In this document: in pieces, positions 45,811 through 57,194 of the stretch | Numbering within the stretch: position 1 is the stretch's first letter | How the letters are laid out: every line of letters begins with the position of its first letter | From: Anaerolineae bacterium | GTDB lineage: Bacteria; Chloroflexota; Anaerolineae; Promineifilales; Promineifilaceae | DNA length: 64,000 nt | Direction: 5' to 3' | NCBI GenBank assembly: GCA_023384415.1 | Contig: JAHDWJ010000014.1 | Coordinates: 43,943-107,942 of the forward strand | Made by a program: the position numbers and the translations under genes | Notes under the pieces: generated by a model | Told to the model about the DNA's origin: nothing | What the model saw: only the letters and a program-made list of their open reading frames with translations | The model's database searches: none

Positions 45811-47874
45811 TTGAACACATTACACCCTGCTTTTGATTGGCTTCAGGTGGCCCGATTGATGTTGACATCACGGGTGATGGATGATTTGGAAGAGAATGAA
45901 CTGACCCCAAAAGGGCAGGTGATTTACCAATTTTGTGCCCGTGGACATGAGTTGGGTCAGGTGCTGCTCAGTCAGTTAATGGAGTATCCGTTTGATGGGG
46001 CATCGGTCTATTACCGGTCGCGGCCGTTTTTGTTAGGGGTAGGGTTGACAGTGGCAGAGTCGTTTGCTTCGGGCATGGGCAAGGCGGCGGGAGTGAGCCG
46101 CGGCCGCGATGTAGGTGTTGTCATTAATTTACCCCGGCGGGAGAAATGCACCGTACTGCCGATGGCTGGTGATGTAGGGGCACAATATACCCCGGCGGCC
46201 GGTTGGGCCCAGGCCATCCGCTACCGCCAGGAAGAGCTGGGGGAAACTCACCTGGCCGGGAGCATCGGCATCGTTTTTGGTGGAGATGGGGCGGTGGCTA
46301 CCAATGGGTTTTGGTCGGCCTTGAATATTGCTACGACGTTAGATTTGCCACTTCTCTTTGTGGTAGAAGATAACGGGTATGCTATCTCCGTGCCGGGGCC
46401 GGCCCAGACTCCCGGCAGTAACATCGCGGCTAACCTGGCCTCTTTTCGCCACCTCAAAATTTGGGATGGGGATGGCACCAATCCGGCGGAGACGGCGGAA
46501 TTGGTGAGCCAGGCGGTAGCTTATGTTCGCAGCGGTCAAGGAGCCGGGCTGCTGCGGCTGACCGTTCCCCGCCTGGCCGGACATTCCAGCGCGGATAATC
46601 AGGCATATAAATCTAAGGCCGAGATGGAAGCCGAATGGGCCCGCGACCCGCTCAAATCGCTGCATGATTATCTGGTGCCGGCCCTGTTGGATGAGGCCGG
46701 GTGGCAGGCGTTAAGGCAAGAAGTAGAGGTGGAAGTACGGGCGGCCGCGGCCGCAGCCTGGGCTTCTCCCGACCCAGAGGTGGAGGGTACAACCGATTTT
46801 GTCTTTGCGGACCCGGCGCGGCCGCAGCAAGTTGGCGGCCTGTTACCAGAAGGAATTACCCTGCCCCAGGGCACAACCCAACCCCAGGTCAGCGATCCGC
46901 GCCGGATCAACATGGTGGAAGCGGTACGCCGGACGTTAGATGTGGAGCTGCGAGTCAATAATCGCTGCCTGGTCTTTGGCGAAGATGTGGGGTTTAAGGG
47001 GGGGGTTCATGCGGCTACGATGGGGTTACAGACAGCCCATGGGCGCGGCCGCGTCTTTGATACCAGCCTCTCCGAAGAGGGAATCATTGGTCGGGCGGTG
47101 GGGTTAGCCCTGGCCGGCCTGACCCCGGTGCCGGAAATTCAGTTTCGCAAATATGCCGACCCGGCTACCGAGCAGTTAAACAACTGTGGCACCCTGCGCT
47201 GGCGGACCGTCAACCGGTTTGCGGCCCCCATCATTGTGCGGATGCCCGGCGGGTTTGGCCGTAAATTGGGCGACCCCTGGCACAGTGTCACCAGCGAATC
47301 TATTTATGCCCACGCTGTAGGCTGGCAAGTGGTATTCCCCTCGAATGCCGAAGATTTGGTCGGGCTGCTCCGTTTTGCCCTACGGGATAACAACCCGACT
47401 ATTTTCTTTGAACACCGGGCGTTGATGGATGCAGCCTGGGCACGACGACCATACCCCGGTGATGAGTATGTGGTCCCTTTTGGGCAGGCCCGGTTTATCA
47501 GCCAGGGGGATGAGTTGACGGTGGTGACCTGGGGGGCGATGGTGGAACGGTGTGACGCGGCCGCGCAGTCGTTAAAGCGCAGCATCGAAATTCTCGATCT
47601 CCGCACCATCATGCCCTGGGACAAAGCGGCCGTTCTGGACTCAGTACGGAAAACCAGCAAATGTCTCATTGTCCATGAAGATATTGCCGTAGCCGGTTTT
47701 GGAGCTGAAATTGCCGCCGTGATTGCCCAGGAAGCTTTTACCGATTTAGATGCCCCAGTGGAGCGGCTCGCTATGCCCTCAGTCCCTGTTCCCTACAGCA
47801 CCCGGTTGATGAATGCCGTTGTGCCCAGTGTAGAGCAAATTCAAGAACGGATGGAATGGCTGCTGAACTTTTGA
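45811..47874 (+). CDS. Fused alpha-beta E1 component of a TPP-dependent 2-oxoacid dehydrogenase
   Basis: TPP motif GDGAVATNGFWSALNIATTLDLPLLFVVEDNGYAIS in the N-terminal half. Transketolase-type pyrimidine-binding region (VFGEDVG..GGVH, FDTSLSEEGIIG) in the C-terminal half. TTG start with AGGAGG 6 nt upstream. Confidence 0.85.
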   Translation: MNTLHPAFDWLQVARLMLTSRVMDDLEENELTPKGQVIYQFCARGHELGQVLLSQLMEYPFDGASVYYRSRPFLLGVGLTVAESFASGMGKAAGVSRGRDVGVVINLPRREKCTVLPMAGDVGAQYTPAAGWAQAIRYRQEELGETHLAGSIGIVFGGDGAVATNGFWSALNIATTLDLPLLFVVEDNGYAISVPGPAQTPGSNIAANLASFRHLKIWDGDGTNPAETAELVSQAVAYVRSGQGAGLLRLTVPRLAGHSSADNQAYKSKAEMEAEWARDPLKSLHDYLVPALLDEAGWQALRQEVEVEVRAAAAAAWASPDPEVEGTTDFVFADPARPQQVGGLLPEGITLPQGTTQPQVSDPRRINMVEAVRRTLDVELRVNNRCLVFGEDVGFKGGVHAATMGLQTAHGRGRVFDTSLSEEGIIGRAVGLALAGLTPVPEIQFRKYADPATEQLNNCGTLRWRTVNRFAAPIIVRMPGGFGRKLGDPWHSVTSESIYAHAVGWQVVFPSNAEDLVGLLRFALRDNNPTIFFEHRALMDAAWARRPYPGDEYVVPFGQARFISQGDELTVVTWGAMVERCDAAAQSLKRSIEILDLRTIMPWDKAAVLDSVRKTSKCLIVHEDIAVAGFGAEIAAVIAQEAFTDLDAPVERLAMPSVPVPYSTRLMNAVVPSVEQIQERMEWLLNF

Positions 47875-47913
47875 GGCGAGAAGTGTGATACGGAGGATGC
47901 CTCTGGTCACGTA

Positions 47914-49539
<1,626 letters not shown>

Positions 49540-49552
49540 TCACTAAAGCTCC

Positions 49553-49603
49553 ATGCAAACAGAAAAGTGGGGCAGGTACTTGATGGTAGCCTGCCCCACT
49601 TTT
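49553..49603 (-). terminator. Intrinsic terminator after the Roadblock gene
   Basis: Minus strand: AAAAGTGGGGCAGG (13-nt loop) CCTGCCCCACTTTT CTGTTT. Confidence 0.8.
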
Positions 49604-49658
49604 GCGAGACTTACTATTTTTAGTTTATGTTAGGGCCATGAAGACCCTGGTATAGGGA

Positions 49659-50027
49659 TTAAAGCAGTCGTTCCAGGTCTTCGGTAGCACGTTTGGCATC
49701 CAGGAAAATAAGGCCCAATTTGGCACTGCTGCGAGCCAATACGGTTAATACGGCTTCTTCACCAATAGCCATGAGGACAATAATGCCATCAGAACCGCTG
49801 ATATATACCCGGTCCAGCGTCCCTCGTTTTAGCTCACTGGCAATACGATCCCCCAGGGACAGCATAGCAGCCGACATCGCCGAGATTCGGTCTTCATCTA
49901 CACCGGCGGGCAACGAGGAAGCCATAATCAACCCATCAACGCTTACGACTGCTGATGCTTCTATATCTGGCGTACCGGCCTGCAAATCTTTAAGCCGATC
50001 AACCATCATCTCAGTGCGCGATCTCAT
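49659..50027 (-). CDS. Roadblock/LC7 (MglB-like) domain protein
   Basis: 122 aa. IEASAVVSVDGLIMASSLP...DEDRISAMSAAMLSLG is the typical LC7 pattern. Confidence 0.7.
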   Translation of the reverse strand: MRSRTEMMVDRLKDLQAGTPDIEASAVVSVDGLIMASSLPAGVDEDRISAMSAAMLSLGDRIASELKRGTLDRVYISGSDGIIVLMAIGEEAVLTVLARSSAKLGLIFLDAKRATEDLERLL

Positions 50028-50159
50028 TCGCCATGCTCCTTACTGTGTGGTTTTCTGTCTTGAGGATTGTCACAACGCGACATTTATTTTGTGACGTTAT
50101 GTTAGGCTAAGACCGTTGCATATTACCATAAGGGGTACACCCTGTCAAACAAACGAAAG

Positions 50160-50281
50160 GGCTATTCTCCAGAGCGGTTTTCACTGTAAATGACAGAAAC
50201 CTTCCGAAGGTTTGATTCCCTGCCAATACCGGTCAGAAAACCTTCGGAAGGTTATGATGAATAAAGGCTATTCTCCAGAGC
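50160..50281. repeat. Family-1 hairpin element, copy C, with flanking 16-nt direct repeats
   Basis: GGCTATTCTCCAGAGC occurs at 50160-50175 and 50266-50281. The second copy includes the stop codon and last codons of the acyl-CoA synthetase gene. Between them: AAACCTTCCGAAGGTTT (50197) and AAAACCTTCGGAAGGTT (50237). Confidence 0.75.
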
Positions 50282-52058
50282 TACCCTCGCTGTACATGGC
50301 TTCGATCTCGTTGGCGTATTTTTGATGAATGATGCGCCGTTTGAGCTTGAGGGTTGGGGTGAGTTCACCCCCTTCGGTGGAGAAGTTGTTGGGCAGGATG
50401 GTGAATTTGCGCACATGCTCCACTTTGGCGAATAGGCTGTTGACTTTATCTACCGCTTTTTGGACTTCGGCGATGCAGCCGGGATGGGTATGGAGTTCGG
50501 TTACAGGGATGCCTAGCTGGTCGGCCAGTTTTGCGGCCGCGCCCTGTTCTAAAGTTACAAGAGCCGTCAGGAACCGCCGCTGTTCCCCGATGATAACTGC
50601 ATCAGCCAGGAGCGGTTGGTCGGTGAGGGCGGCTTCAATGTTCTTGGGAGCGATGTTTTTACCCCCAGAGGTGATAATGATCTCTTTCTTGCGCCCGGTA
50701 ATGCTCAAGAAGCCATCTTTATCTATTGAGCCGAGGTCTCCCGTGTACAGCCAGCCATCTATCAGGGTTTCCGCGGTTGCTTGTGGGTCTTTGTAATATC
50801 CCATCATCATGGTTGGCCCTTTGGCTAAGATTTCCCCATCATCGGCCAGCTTCAGCTCGACGGTGGGCCAGGTCAGGCCAACCGTGCCCACTTTGGTTTT
50901 ATTGGGCAGGTTGAAGGTGAGAACGCCACAGCTTTCGGAAAGGCCATACACCTCAAAGATGCGGACATCCAGGCTGCCAAAAAAATCTATAATCTCACGG
51001 GAGATGGGGGCAGCGCCGGTAACGGCGATTTTGGATTCGGCCAGACCGGTGCGATCTTTGACTTTGGAGAAGACGAGACGGTCAGCCAGTTTGTATTGTA
51101 GCGATAACAACCCTGAAGGAGATTTCCCCTGATTACGCAGGTTGGTGACCTGGCTGCCGACTCCTCTAGCCCAGGCGGCAATTTTGGCTTTGAGGCCGGT
51201 GGTCTGGGCCATATTGGTGGAGACAGCGGTGTGGAAACGCTCCCAAACGCGGGGAACGCCGAAGATAACGGTGGGGCGAACTTCGCGCACGTTATCAGCC
51301 ACTTTGAGGCCCGATTCGGCATAGTAGACCTGGTAGCCATTGACCGCGGCCGCGTGAATGGTGAACATTTGCTCGGCGATGTGGGAGAGGGGCAGGTAGG
51401 AAAGCTGCCGGTCTGTAGGTTGCAGGTCAAATAAATCTTTGGCGACGCGGGAGTTAGTGTACACGGCCCCATGGGAGAGCATAACTGCTTTGGGCGGCCC
51501 GGTGGTGCCAGAGGTGTAGATGAGGGTAGCCAGATCGTCGGCTTTGATGGCTTCCAGATTCTCATCGGCCTGACTTTCGGGTATGCTGTCTCCTTTGGCC
51601 AAGAATTCTTCCCAGGACATGGCCATTGGGTCATCAATTTTAGGGCCATTTTTCATCATCACTACATGCTTGAGATTGGGGCATTCGGCGCGGATGGCCT
51701 GAATTTTTTGCCACTGCCCTTCATCTTCCAGCAAAATGATGGGGGCTTCGGCGTGGTTGACGATATATTGGACTTCAGAGGGGGCGTTGCTGGTGTAAAT
51801 GCCAGCGGCCGACCCGCGGGCTAACATCCCGCCCAAGGCCATAATCGTCCATTCGGGGGTATTAAAACCGAGGATACACACTTTATCATTCGGTTTGAAT
51901 CCTAGAGCGATCAGGGCACGGCTGGTTTGCCGCACCTGGTTACAATAATCGCGCCAGCTTGTTGCTACCCATCGCTCATTTATTTTGACATGATAAGCGG
52001 GGTCTTGCGGCCGCATGCGGGCGTGGTCATGTAACTTCTTCAGTACTGTGTCCTCCAT
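50268..52058 (-). CDS. Long-chain acyl-CoA synthetase (AMP-forming)
   Basis: AMP-binding motif YTSGTTGPPKAVMLSH, plus TGDLGSIDKDGFLSITGRKKEII and GKNIAP. AAGGAG lies upstream of ATG 52058. Confidence 0.85.
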   Translation of the reverse strand: MEDTVLKKLHDHARMRPQDPAYHVKINERWVATSWRDYCNQVRQTSRALIALGFKPNDKVCILGFNTPEWTIMALGGMLARGSAAGIYTSNAPSEVQYIVNHAEAPIILLEDEGQWQKIQAIRAECPNLKHVVMMKNGPKIDDPMAMSWEEFLAKGDSIPESQADENLEAIKADDLATLIYTSGTTGPPKAVMLSHGAVYTNSRVAKDLFDLQPTDRQLSYLPLSHIAEQMFTIHAAAVNGYQVYYAESGLKVADNVREVRPTVIFGVPRVWERFHTAVSTNMAQTTGLKAKIAAWARGVGSQVTNLRNQGKSPSGLLSLQYKLADRLVFSKVKDRTGLAESKIAVTGAAPISREIIDFFGSLDVRIFEVYGLSESCGVLTFNLPNKTKVGTVGLTWPTVELKLADDGEILAKGPTMMMGYYKDPQATAETLIDGWLYTGDLGSIDKDGFLSITGRKKEIIITSGGKNIAPKNIEAALTDQPLLADAVIIGEQRRFLTALVTLEQGAAAKLADQLGIPVTELHTHPGCIAEVQKAVDKVNSLFAKVEHVRKFTILPNNFSTEGGELTPTLKLKRRIIHQKYANEIEAMYSEGSSGE

Positions 52059-52123
52059 TGCTCGACTCCTTATAACTATGATCCTGCACGATTTTCGGAA
52101 ATGGTTGTAAAACAGATTGGTTA

Positions 52124-52157
52124 AGAAATTCAACTTCTCCAGAGAAGTTGAATTTCT
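52124..52157 (-). terminator. 16-bp palindromic hairpin after the substrate-binding-protein gene (possible terminator)
   Basis: AGAAATTCAACTTCTC ca GAGAAGTTGAATTTCT. The T-rich tail is only weak. Confidence 0.4.
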
Positions 52158-52323
52158 AAAGGTCTAACTGTTTGCGTGTCATGCCTGAAGGGATAGGGCT
52201 ATGATATACGATAGGTGAGACACGCATCACCTGATGGTATGGGAGAGAATAAAGGAGTATCCCTGGTTGACTGACGAGATTATAACTGATTTTCTCTGGC
52301 TGTAAATATGCCGCACTGTGTCA

Positions 52324-54267
52324 TCAGGGTGATTCCAGGCGATCTAACTCATATAGGTTCCACAATTCTGAGGGTTGGGTGGTGTCGGGCTGGAAATGGC
52401 GTACTGATGGGTGGGTCACGGCCAGGCGCAGATAGTGGAAGAGAGGCAGGGAGGGGATGTCTTGGGCGAACAAGTGGAATGTTTCCTGGATCGCGGCCGC
52501 ATATGGGTCACTGCCCCAATATTGCTGCCGGGCCTGGGTGCAAGCCGTATCAAAAGCGGGGTTGCTCCAACCGGTCTGGTTATTTCCCTGCCAGTTGTTA
52601 TTTTCATCGGGAATGGCGGCGGTGGTATAAAAAACACAGGCGGGGGTCAAATCGGTAATCCAGGGGAAGATTGCCAAATCAAAGCGGCGGCCAAAAAGTG
52701 GCCCCTGAGGGGCAAACCATTCGGCGGGGGAGTGGGGGGTAAGTTGTACATCCAGGCCACACTTGGCCAGGTTGCTGACGAGAAGTTCGCCTAACCGCTG
52801 CTGGGTGGGATTGTTGCGGCTAATGCCCAGGGTAACGCGAAAGGTGCGGCCGCTGCGTGGATGTTGACGGAACCCGTCCCCGTTGTAATCACGATACCCT
52901 AACTCTTCTAAAATGGCGTTTGCGGCCGCGACATCATATGGCCATTGGGCTATATCATCCGGGATAAGGGGATGATCTGGGGGGACAAAGAGGTGGGATA
53001 CCTGCCCCAGCCCATACAGGATAACCTCGGCCATGGTTGTCCGGTCGGTACAGTGGGCGATGGCCTGGCGTATTTGGGATGATTCAAACCAGTCGGGCCG
53101 TTTGCTGGCATAATCGGCCGCGGAGTTGATACCAAAATCGAGATGTTCAAAGACCATTGAGGGGGTGAAATAGGGAATCAGGAGTTCGCGTGCGGCCGCG
53201 TCCTGGATTGTAGATGCCTGGGGCAAATCCAACCCGTCTTGTGTACCGATATGACATTCTCCGGCCAAAAGCAGGGCCAGAAGCTGATCACTGCTGCCCA
53301 CAAAACGAAAAGTCAATTGATCCAGACGGGGGAACCCTTCGTCCCGGCGATAATAATGTTCATTACGGATCAATTTGATCTGCTGGCCGGGTAACCATTC
53401 CGTAATGACAAACGGGCCGCTGCTGAGAGGTGTGCGCGTTGTTTCTGGGGCCAGGAGCAAGTCGGCGGCAGTCAGGCCGGCTAGTTGATGGGCCGGTAGG
53501 GGCATCCACACATTGGTAAAGTAAAGTGGGTCTAACCAGCCGGGCAGGCCACGCCATTCGACGGTGTGATCATTCAAAGCCAGATAGCTGGCCGTGTAGC
53601 TGATTTTGCGCTTATCCGCCGGTGTGTTTGGGTCGCGGGCGACCTTATAACTAAAGACAGAATCCTGAGCCGTTACTGGCTGTCCGTCTGACCAGACGAG
53701 AGGGCGGAAGGTGAATTGCACCTGCATCTGCAACAGGGGAACGGCCTCGCCGTTAAAAATAATTTCCTGACCGTTGGCGTGGCGCAGGCGGGTACCGGTC
53801 TGTACGGTAACAATCCGGTTCTGGCTGTCCACGGCTAAGGCTCCTGCACTGACAATCACCGGCACCAGCACGGCATCCCCATCAGCCAGGCTGGGTAATT
53901 TTTGTAATCCCTGGGGCTGGTAGCTGTACTGACGGCTGGTGAATGGGTTTTCGTAGATGGCGTGGAGAATGGCGGTTTGGCTGTGGGCGGCCGCGCCAAA
54001 AGGCGGGGCATCATACCAGTACAAACTTTGGGGTTCGGTGACGAGGCAGACGGTGAGCTGTTTGGGAGCGGGGGTCCCGCTTACGGCATCGGGTGAGGGG
54101 GTGATGGTGACGGGCACCGTCACCCGTTCAGTAACCAGGCGGGTGATTTCGGTAGGCGGCCGCGTTACCATGACGGTAACGATTTCGGTAGACAATTCTT
54201 GGGTACAGGCTGTTAACCCGGTGAGAAGCAGGAACAGCCAAAGAAAAGAGGAATGTTTTGCCAGCAT
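52324..54267 (-). CDS. ABC transporter substrate-binding lipoprotein (family 5, peptide/nickel type)
   Basis: Lipobox LLLTGLTAC. About 640 aa with a family-5 SBP-like layout. Confidence 0.75.
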   Translation of the reverse strand: MLAKHSSFLWLFLLLTGLTACTQELSTEIVTVMVTRPPTEITRLVTERVTVPVTITPSPDAVSGTPAPKQLTVCLVTEPQSLYWYDAPPFGAAAHSQTAILHAIYENPFTSRQYSYQPQGLQKLPSLADGDAVLVPVIVSAGALAVDSQNRIVTVQTGTRLRHANGQEIIFNGEAVPLLQMQVQFTFRPLVWSDGQPVTAQDSVFSYKVARDPNTPADKRKISYTASYLALNDHTVEWRGLPGWLDPLYFTNVWMPLPAHQLAGLTAADLLLAPETTRTPLSSGPFVITEWLPGQQIKLIRNEHYYRRDEGFPRLDQLTFRFVGSSDQLLALLLAGECHIGTQDGLDLPQASTIQDAAARELLIPYFTPSMVFEHLDFGINSAADYASKRPDWFESSQIRQAIAHCTDRTTMAEVILYGLGQVSHLFVPPDHPLIPDDIAQWPYDVAAANAILEELGYRDYNGDGFRQHPRSGRTFRVTLGISRNNPTQQRLGELLVSNLAKCGLDVQLTPHSPAEWFAPQGPLFGRRFDLAIFPWITDLTPACVFYTTAAIPDENNNWQGNNQTGWSNPAFDTACTQARQQYWGSDPYAAAIQETFHLFAQDIPSLPLFHYLRLAVTHPSVRHFQPDTTQPSELWNLYELDRLESP

Positions 54268-54396
54268 GGGGCCAATTGTAACCCCAATGCCCTATGATTT
54301 TCCATTGATTAAGGATGGTTCACTCAATCTCAGTAGATCCCAAATCCGGGGTTTATCCCCAGAGTTGGGGTAAGCAAAGCCGTAGGTGCGGTCTGC

Positions 54397-56799
54397 TCAT
54401 AACAACTGGGGCAAGAGTAAGAGGAAGAGGGTGATGAGCAGACAAAAAAGTCCCGTCGCCAGGAGAACCCATAATGGCATGATCGGGGGGATTTCGATTT
54501 CTCCGACTTTGATTTGGGTGTCGCCGTGACTCGCTTTGATCTGAACGCGGAACGGGATGGTTTGAGGTTTTCCCCACAGCGGCCGCGTACTGGTCCAAAT
54601 AGTCAGGGGTAAACTACCCTGTTGGCCAGGAGCCAGCCGCAGCCGCTCAGCTTGACCAGTGAATTGGAGCGGGGTTTCGTTGTCACTGGTGCGGGCTAAT
54701 AGGGCGAAGGTGGTTTCGATGTTGCCCAGGTTATGAATCTGAACGACGCAGGGCTGCTGCGGCCGCACCTGTTCCGGGGTTAATGTGGCTGTAAAAGAGA
54801 TATTCTCCTTAATCTGTACATAACCAGTGGCTACCGTAACAATATCTGGGGCCGTCTCTGGGGAAACACGAACGATAAAGGTGCGCTGCCCTGGCTCAAC
54901 GGCCCGTTCCAGGGTGTTTAGCAAATTGATTTGCAGCACATCTTGTTCCCCCGCCTCTAAAACGAGCCGGTTTTCGGGAATGCTCACCCAGGTTGGAGGC
55001 AGCCCTTCTACCTGGAGATAAAACCGCTCGGCCATTTGCCCCTGATTGGTGATTAGCACCTGGATAAACGATTCCTGCCCTGGGGTAATTTCTACCATAG
55101 TAGGGATAAGGGTGAGATTTACCAGCGGTACAGGCAGGGGAGAAACTGGTGTCATGGGTTCGATGAGAGGAAGGAGTGAGGGCGAAAAATCAGGAACAGA
55201 AGGCTCGCTTTCCGGCATCCATCCTTCGTCACCAGTTGTCACAAGAAGTGTAGAGGGGTGGCCGAAGAGGGGAGATTCACTTTCCGTTATCCGTCCTTCG
55301 TCACCTGTCCTCACAAGGAGTGAGGATGGAGGATCAAAAAGGGTAGACTCACGTTCGGTTATCTGTCCTTCGTCACCTGGCCTTATAAGGAGTGAGGATG
55401 GCGGACCGAAGTGGGAAGGCTCACTTTCCGTCATCGTTCCTTCGTCTTTCGTCGCCAACCCAAAAGCCAGGGGGAATACCGCCCGAAATCGCTCGGCAGC
55501 GGAAATGTCTTGCTCTTGTGATGGGGGTGGGGGTAAAGGCGGGATTGACAAGGGCTGTTGATTGGGGTCAATGGGCTGCCAGCGCAAGGTGAATCCCCCT
55601 AATTGGGCTGGTTCATTGGCGGCCCAGTGATAAGGTTGACGCGGCCGCAGTCGTTCTTGACTCATCCATACCCCATTGGTGCTGTCCAGGTCTAACAAAT
55701 GCCAGCCAGTGCCGAGCCACTCAATGCGAGCATGGTAGCGAGATACGCCCTGTTCGGGCAGCGGTAAATCATTTTTCTGGCTGCGGCCAATCGTCAATAT
55801 GGGCTTATCCAAAGAGATACGCTGTTCTGGGGATCCGGTGTGGCTAATGATCAATTCGGCTGGGGAAGGGGCAACAGGTGGGGCAGACATTTTATGGCTG
55901 GTCAGCCATTCTTGAACGGATTCGCCCCCTGTTGTATCTTTACTTTTACTGACCTCGCGCAAGGCGGCCAGGAGATGGCTGGCTGATTGTAAACGATGTC
56001 CTGGCTGTTTGGCTAACCCTTTTTGCAAAATAGCAGTTACTTTTGGGGAAAGCTGAGGGCGTAGGTTTGCAGGGGGTAGGGGAACTACCTGCTGATGGTG
56101 GTAGCGGGCTTCATCCAGAGAATGGGTGATGAAAGGGGGTTGCCCGGTGATGAGATGGTATAAATTGGCGGCCAGGTTATACAGGTCAGTAGCGGGTGAT
56201 GGGGTGAACCCATCGGTTTGTTCTGGGGCGGCATAGGGCCAGAGGGAGGGAAAAGGAGTGAGTAGATGCGGGTGGCGGCCGGCCAGCAAAGACCAGACAC
56301 CGCTGTCCAGAACGGTTAATTTCCAGGGGGTATCGTCGTTATCGGAGAGGGGGATGAGCCACAAGTTGACCGGGTGGATGGCCCCGTGAATTTCGTTTTG
56401 GTGGTGGAGGTAATCGAGCGCGGCCGCGGCCTGCTGTCCCAAGGTGAGTGTATCAGCCAGGGTGATATGGGAATGGCGTGAGGCCAGCCGTTGCAGCAGA
56501 ACCGCCAGGGAGAGGCCGTCATAGGCCGGGCGCACCCAGTAGCCGGTTTGTTGGTGCCAGCCATAGGCCAGGATGGGGGCCAGGTGAGGATGATGGAGAG
56601 TCGCGGCCGCATGCCCCCACTGCCGGAATCGTTTTTCGTCTGGAGACAGATGGGGATGGAGCAGCTTGATAATGACTGTCTGGTCGGAGAGTAGGTTGCG
56701 GCCGCGGAAAACCGCTGTCACCCCACCCTCACCCAACAATTCCTGTAGCTGGTACTCGCCCAACTGTTCTCCGCTCCAATCTAACCAATTCGTGCTCAT
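54397..56799 (-). CDS. Predicted pseudokinase (degenerate Ser/Thr kinase fold) with FHA domain, 24-aa tandem repeats, Ig-like modules and a C-terminal TM anchor
   Basis: The catalytic loop reads IHGAIHPVNL instead of HRDLKPxN (Asp->Ala, Lys->His). DSG replaces DFG. The VIIK lysine and AAPE are retained. FHA: LTIGRSQKNDLPLPEQGVSRYHARIEW...DLDSTNGVW. Confidence 0.75.
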   Translation of the reverse strand: MSTNWLDWSGEQLGEYQLQELLGEGGVTAVFRGRNLLSDQTVIIKLLHPHLSPDEKRFRQWGHAAATLHHPHLAPILAYGWHQQTGYWVRPAYDGLSLAVLLQRLASRHSHITLADTLTLGQQAAAALDYLHHQNEIHGAIHPVNLWLIPLSDNDDTPWKLTVLDSGVWSLLAGRHPHLLTPFPSLWPYAAPEQTDGFTPSPATDLYNLAANLYHLITGQPPFITHSLDEARYHHQQVVPLPPANLRPQLSPKVTAILQKGLAKQPGHRLQSASHLLAALREVSKSKDTTGGESVQEWLTSHKMSAPPVAPSPAELIISHTGSPEQRISLDKPILTIGRSQKNDLPLPEQGVSRYHARIEWLGTGWHLLDLDSTNGVWMSQERLRPRQPYHWAANEPAQLGGFTLRWQPIDPNQQPLSIPPLPPPPSQEQDISAAERFRAVFPLAFGLATKDEGTMTESEPSHFGPPSSLLIRPGDEGQITERESTLFDPPSSLLVRTGDEGRITESESPLFGHPSTLLVTTGDEGWMPESEPSVPDFSPSLLPLIEPMTPVSPLPVPLVNLTLIPTMVEITPGQESFIQVLITNQGQMAERFYLQVEGLPPTWVSIPENRLVLEAGEQDVLQINLLNTLERAVEPGQRTFIVRVSPETAPDIVTVATGYVQIKENISFTATLTPEQVRPQQPCVVQIHNLGNIETTFALLARTSDNETPLQFTGQAERLRLAPGQQGSLPLTIWTSTRPLWGKPQTIPFRVQIKASHGDTQIKVGEIEIPPIMPLWVLLATGLFCLLITLFLLLLPQLL
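55204..55456. repeat. 72-bp tandem repeat, about 3.3 copies, inside the pseudokinase gene
   Basis: Encodes ESEPSHFGPPSSLLIRPGDEGQIT / ERESTLFDPPSSLLVRTGDEGRIT / ESESPLFGHPSTLLVTTGDEGWMP / ESEPS... Confidence 0.85.
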
Positions 56800-57004
56800 G
56801 CGCTTTTGCCTTAAAGAGGTTTTGGCTCCTTATGAATTCAAGAGGTAAATACGGTGCCTCAATTTAGAAAGGCCCCGGCTCATTCGTAGTGAACCTTTTT
56901 GTTTACATCCATGGGCATATTAACCATACACCCATACTGTTTCAGTTTACGGGCAAATGGGGGGGAAGCAACGAGTTTTCGCGTAAATTTAACGACCCGT
57001 TTGC

Positions 57005-57056
57005 GGGGATTTAACTGGGGATTGGGGGGATTCAGAGATTCAGAGATTGGAGACTG
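57005..57056. repeat. Heptamer/octamer repeat block (D-type)
   Basis: GGGGATTTAACTGGGGATTGGGGGGATTCAGAGATTCAGAGATTGGAGACTG. Confidence 0.75.
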
Positions 57057-57161
57057 CAAGAACTACCCGACGCGGTGACAAAGCGAGGGGGCGATAGGGG
57101 GAAATAAAAGCGCAAATTGCGCTCTTTGGCAATATAAGGGGAGTGGGAGAGTGATATGGGT

Positions 57162-57194
57162 CAACTGCTTACTGCCCACTGCGGCTAACTGCCA
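57162..57194. repeat. Heptamer repeat block (E-type) overlapping the stop codon of the FHA-gpI gene
   Basis: CAACTGC TTACTGC CCACTGC GGCTAACTGCC. The reverse complement shares GGCAGTTAGCCG with 18039-18050. Confidence 0.75.
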
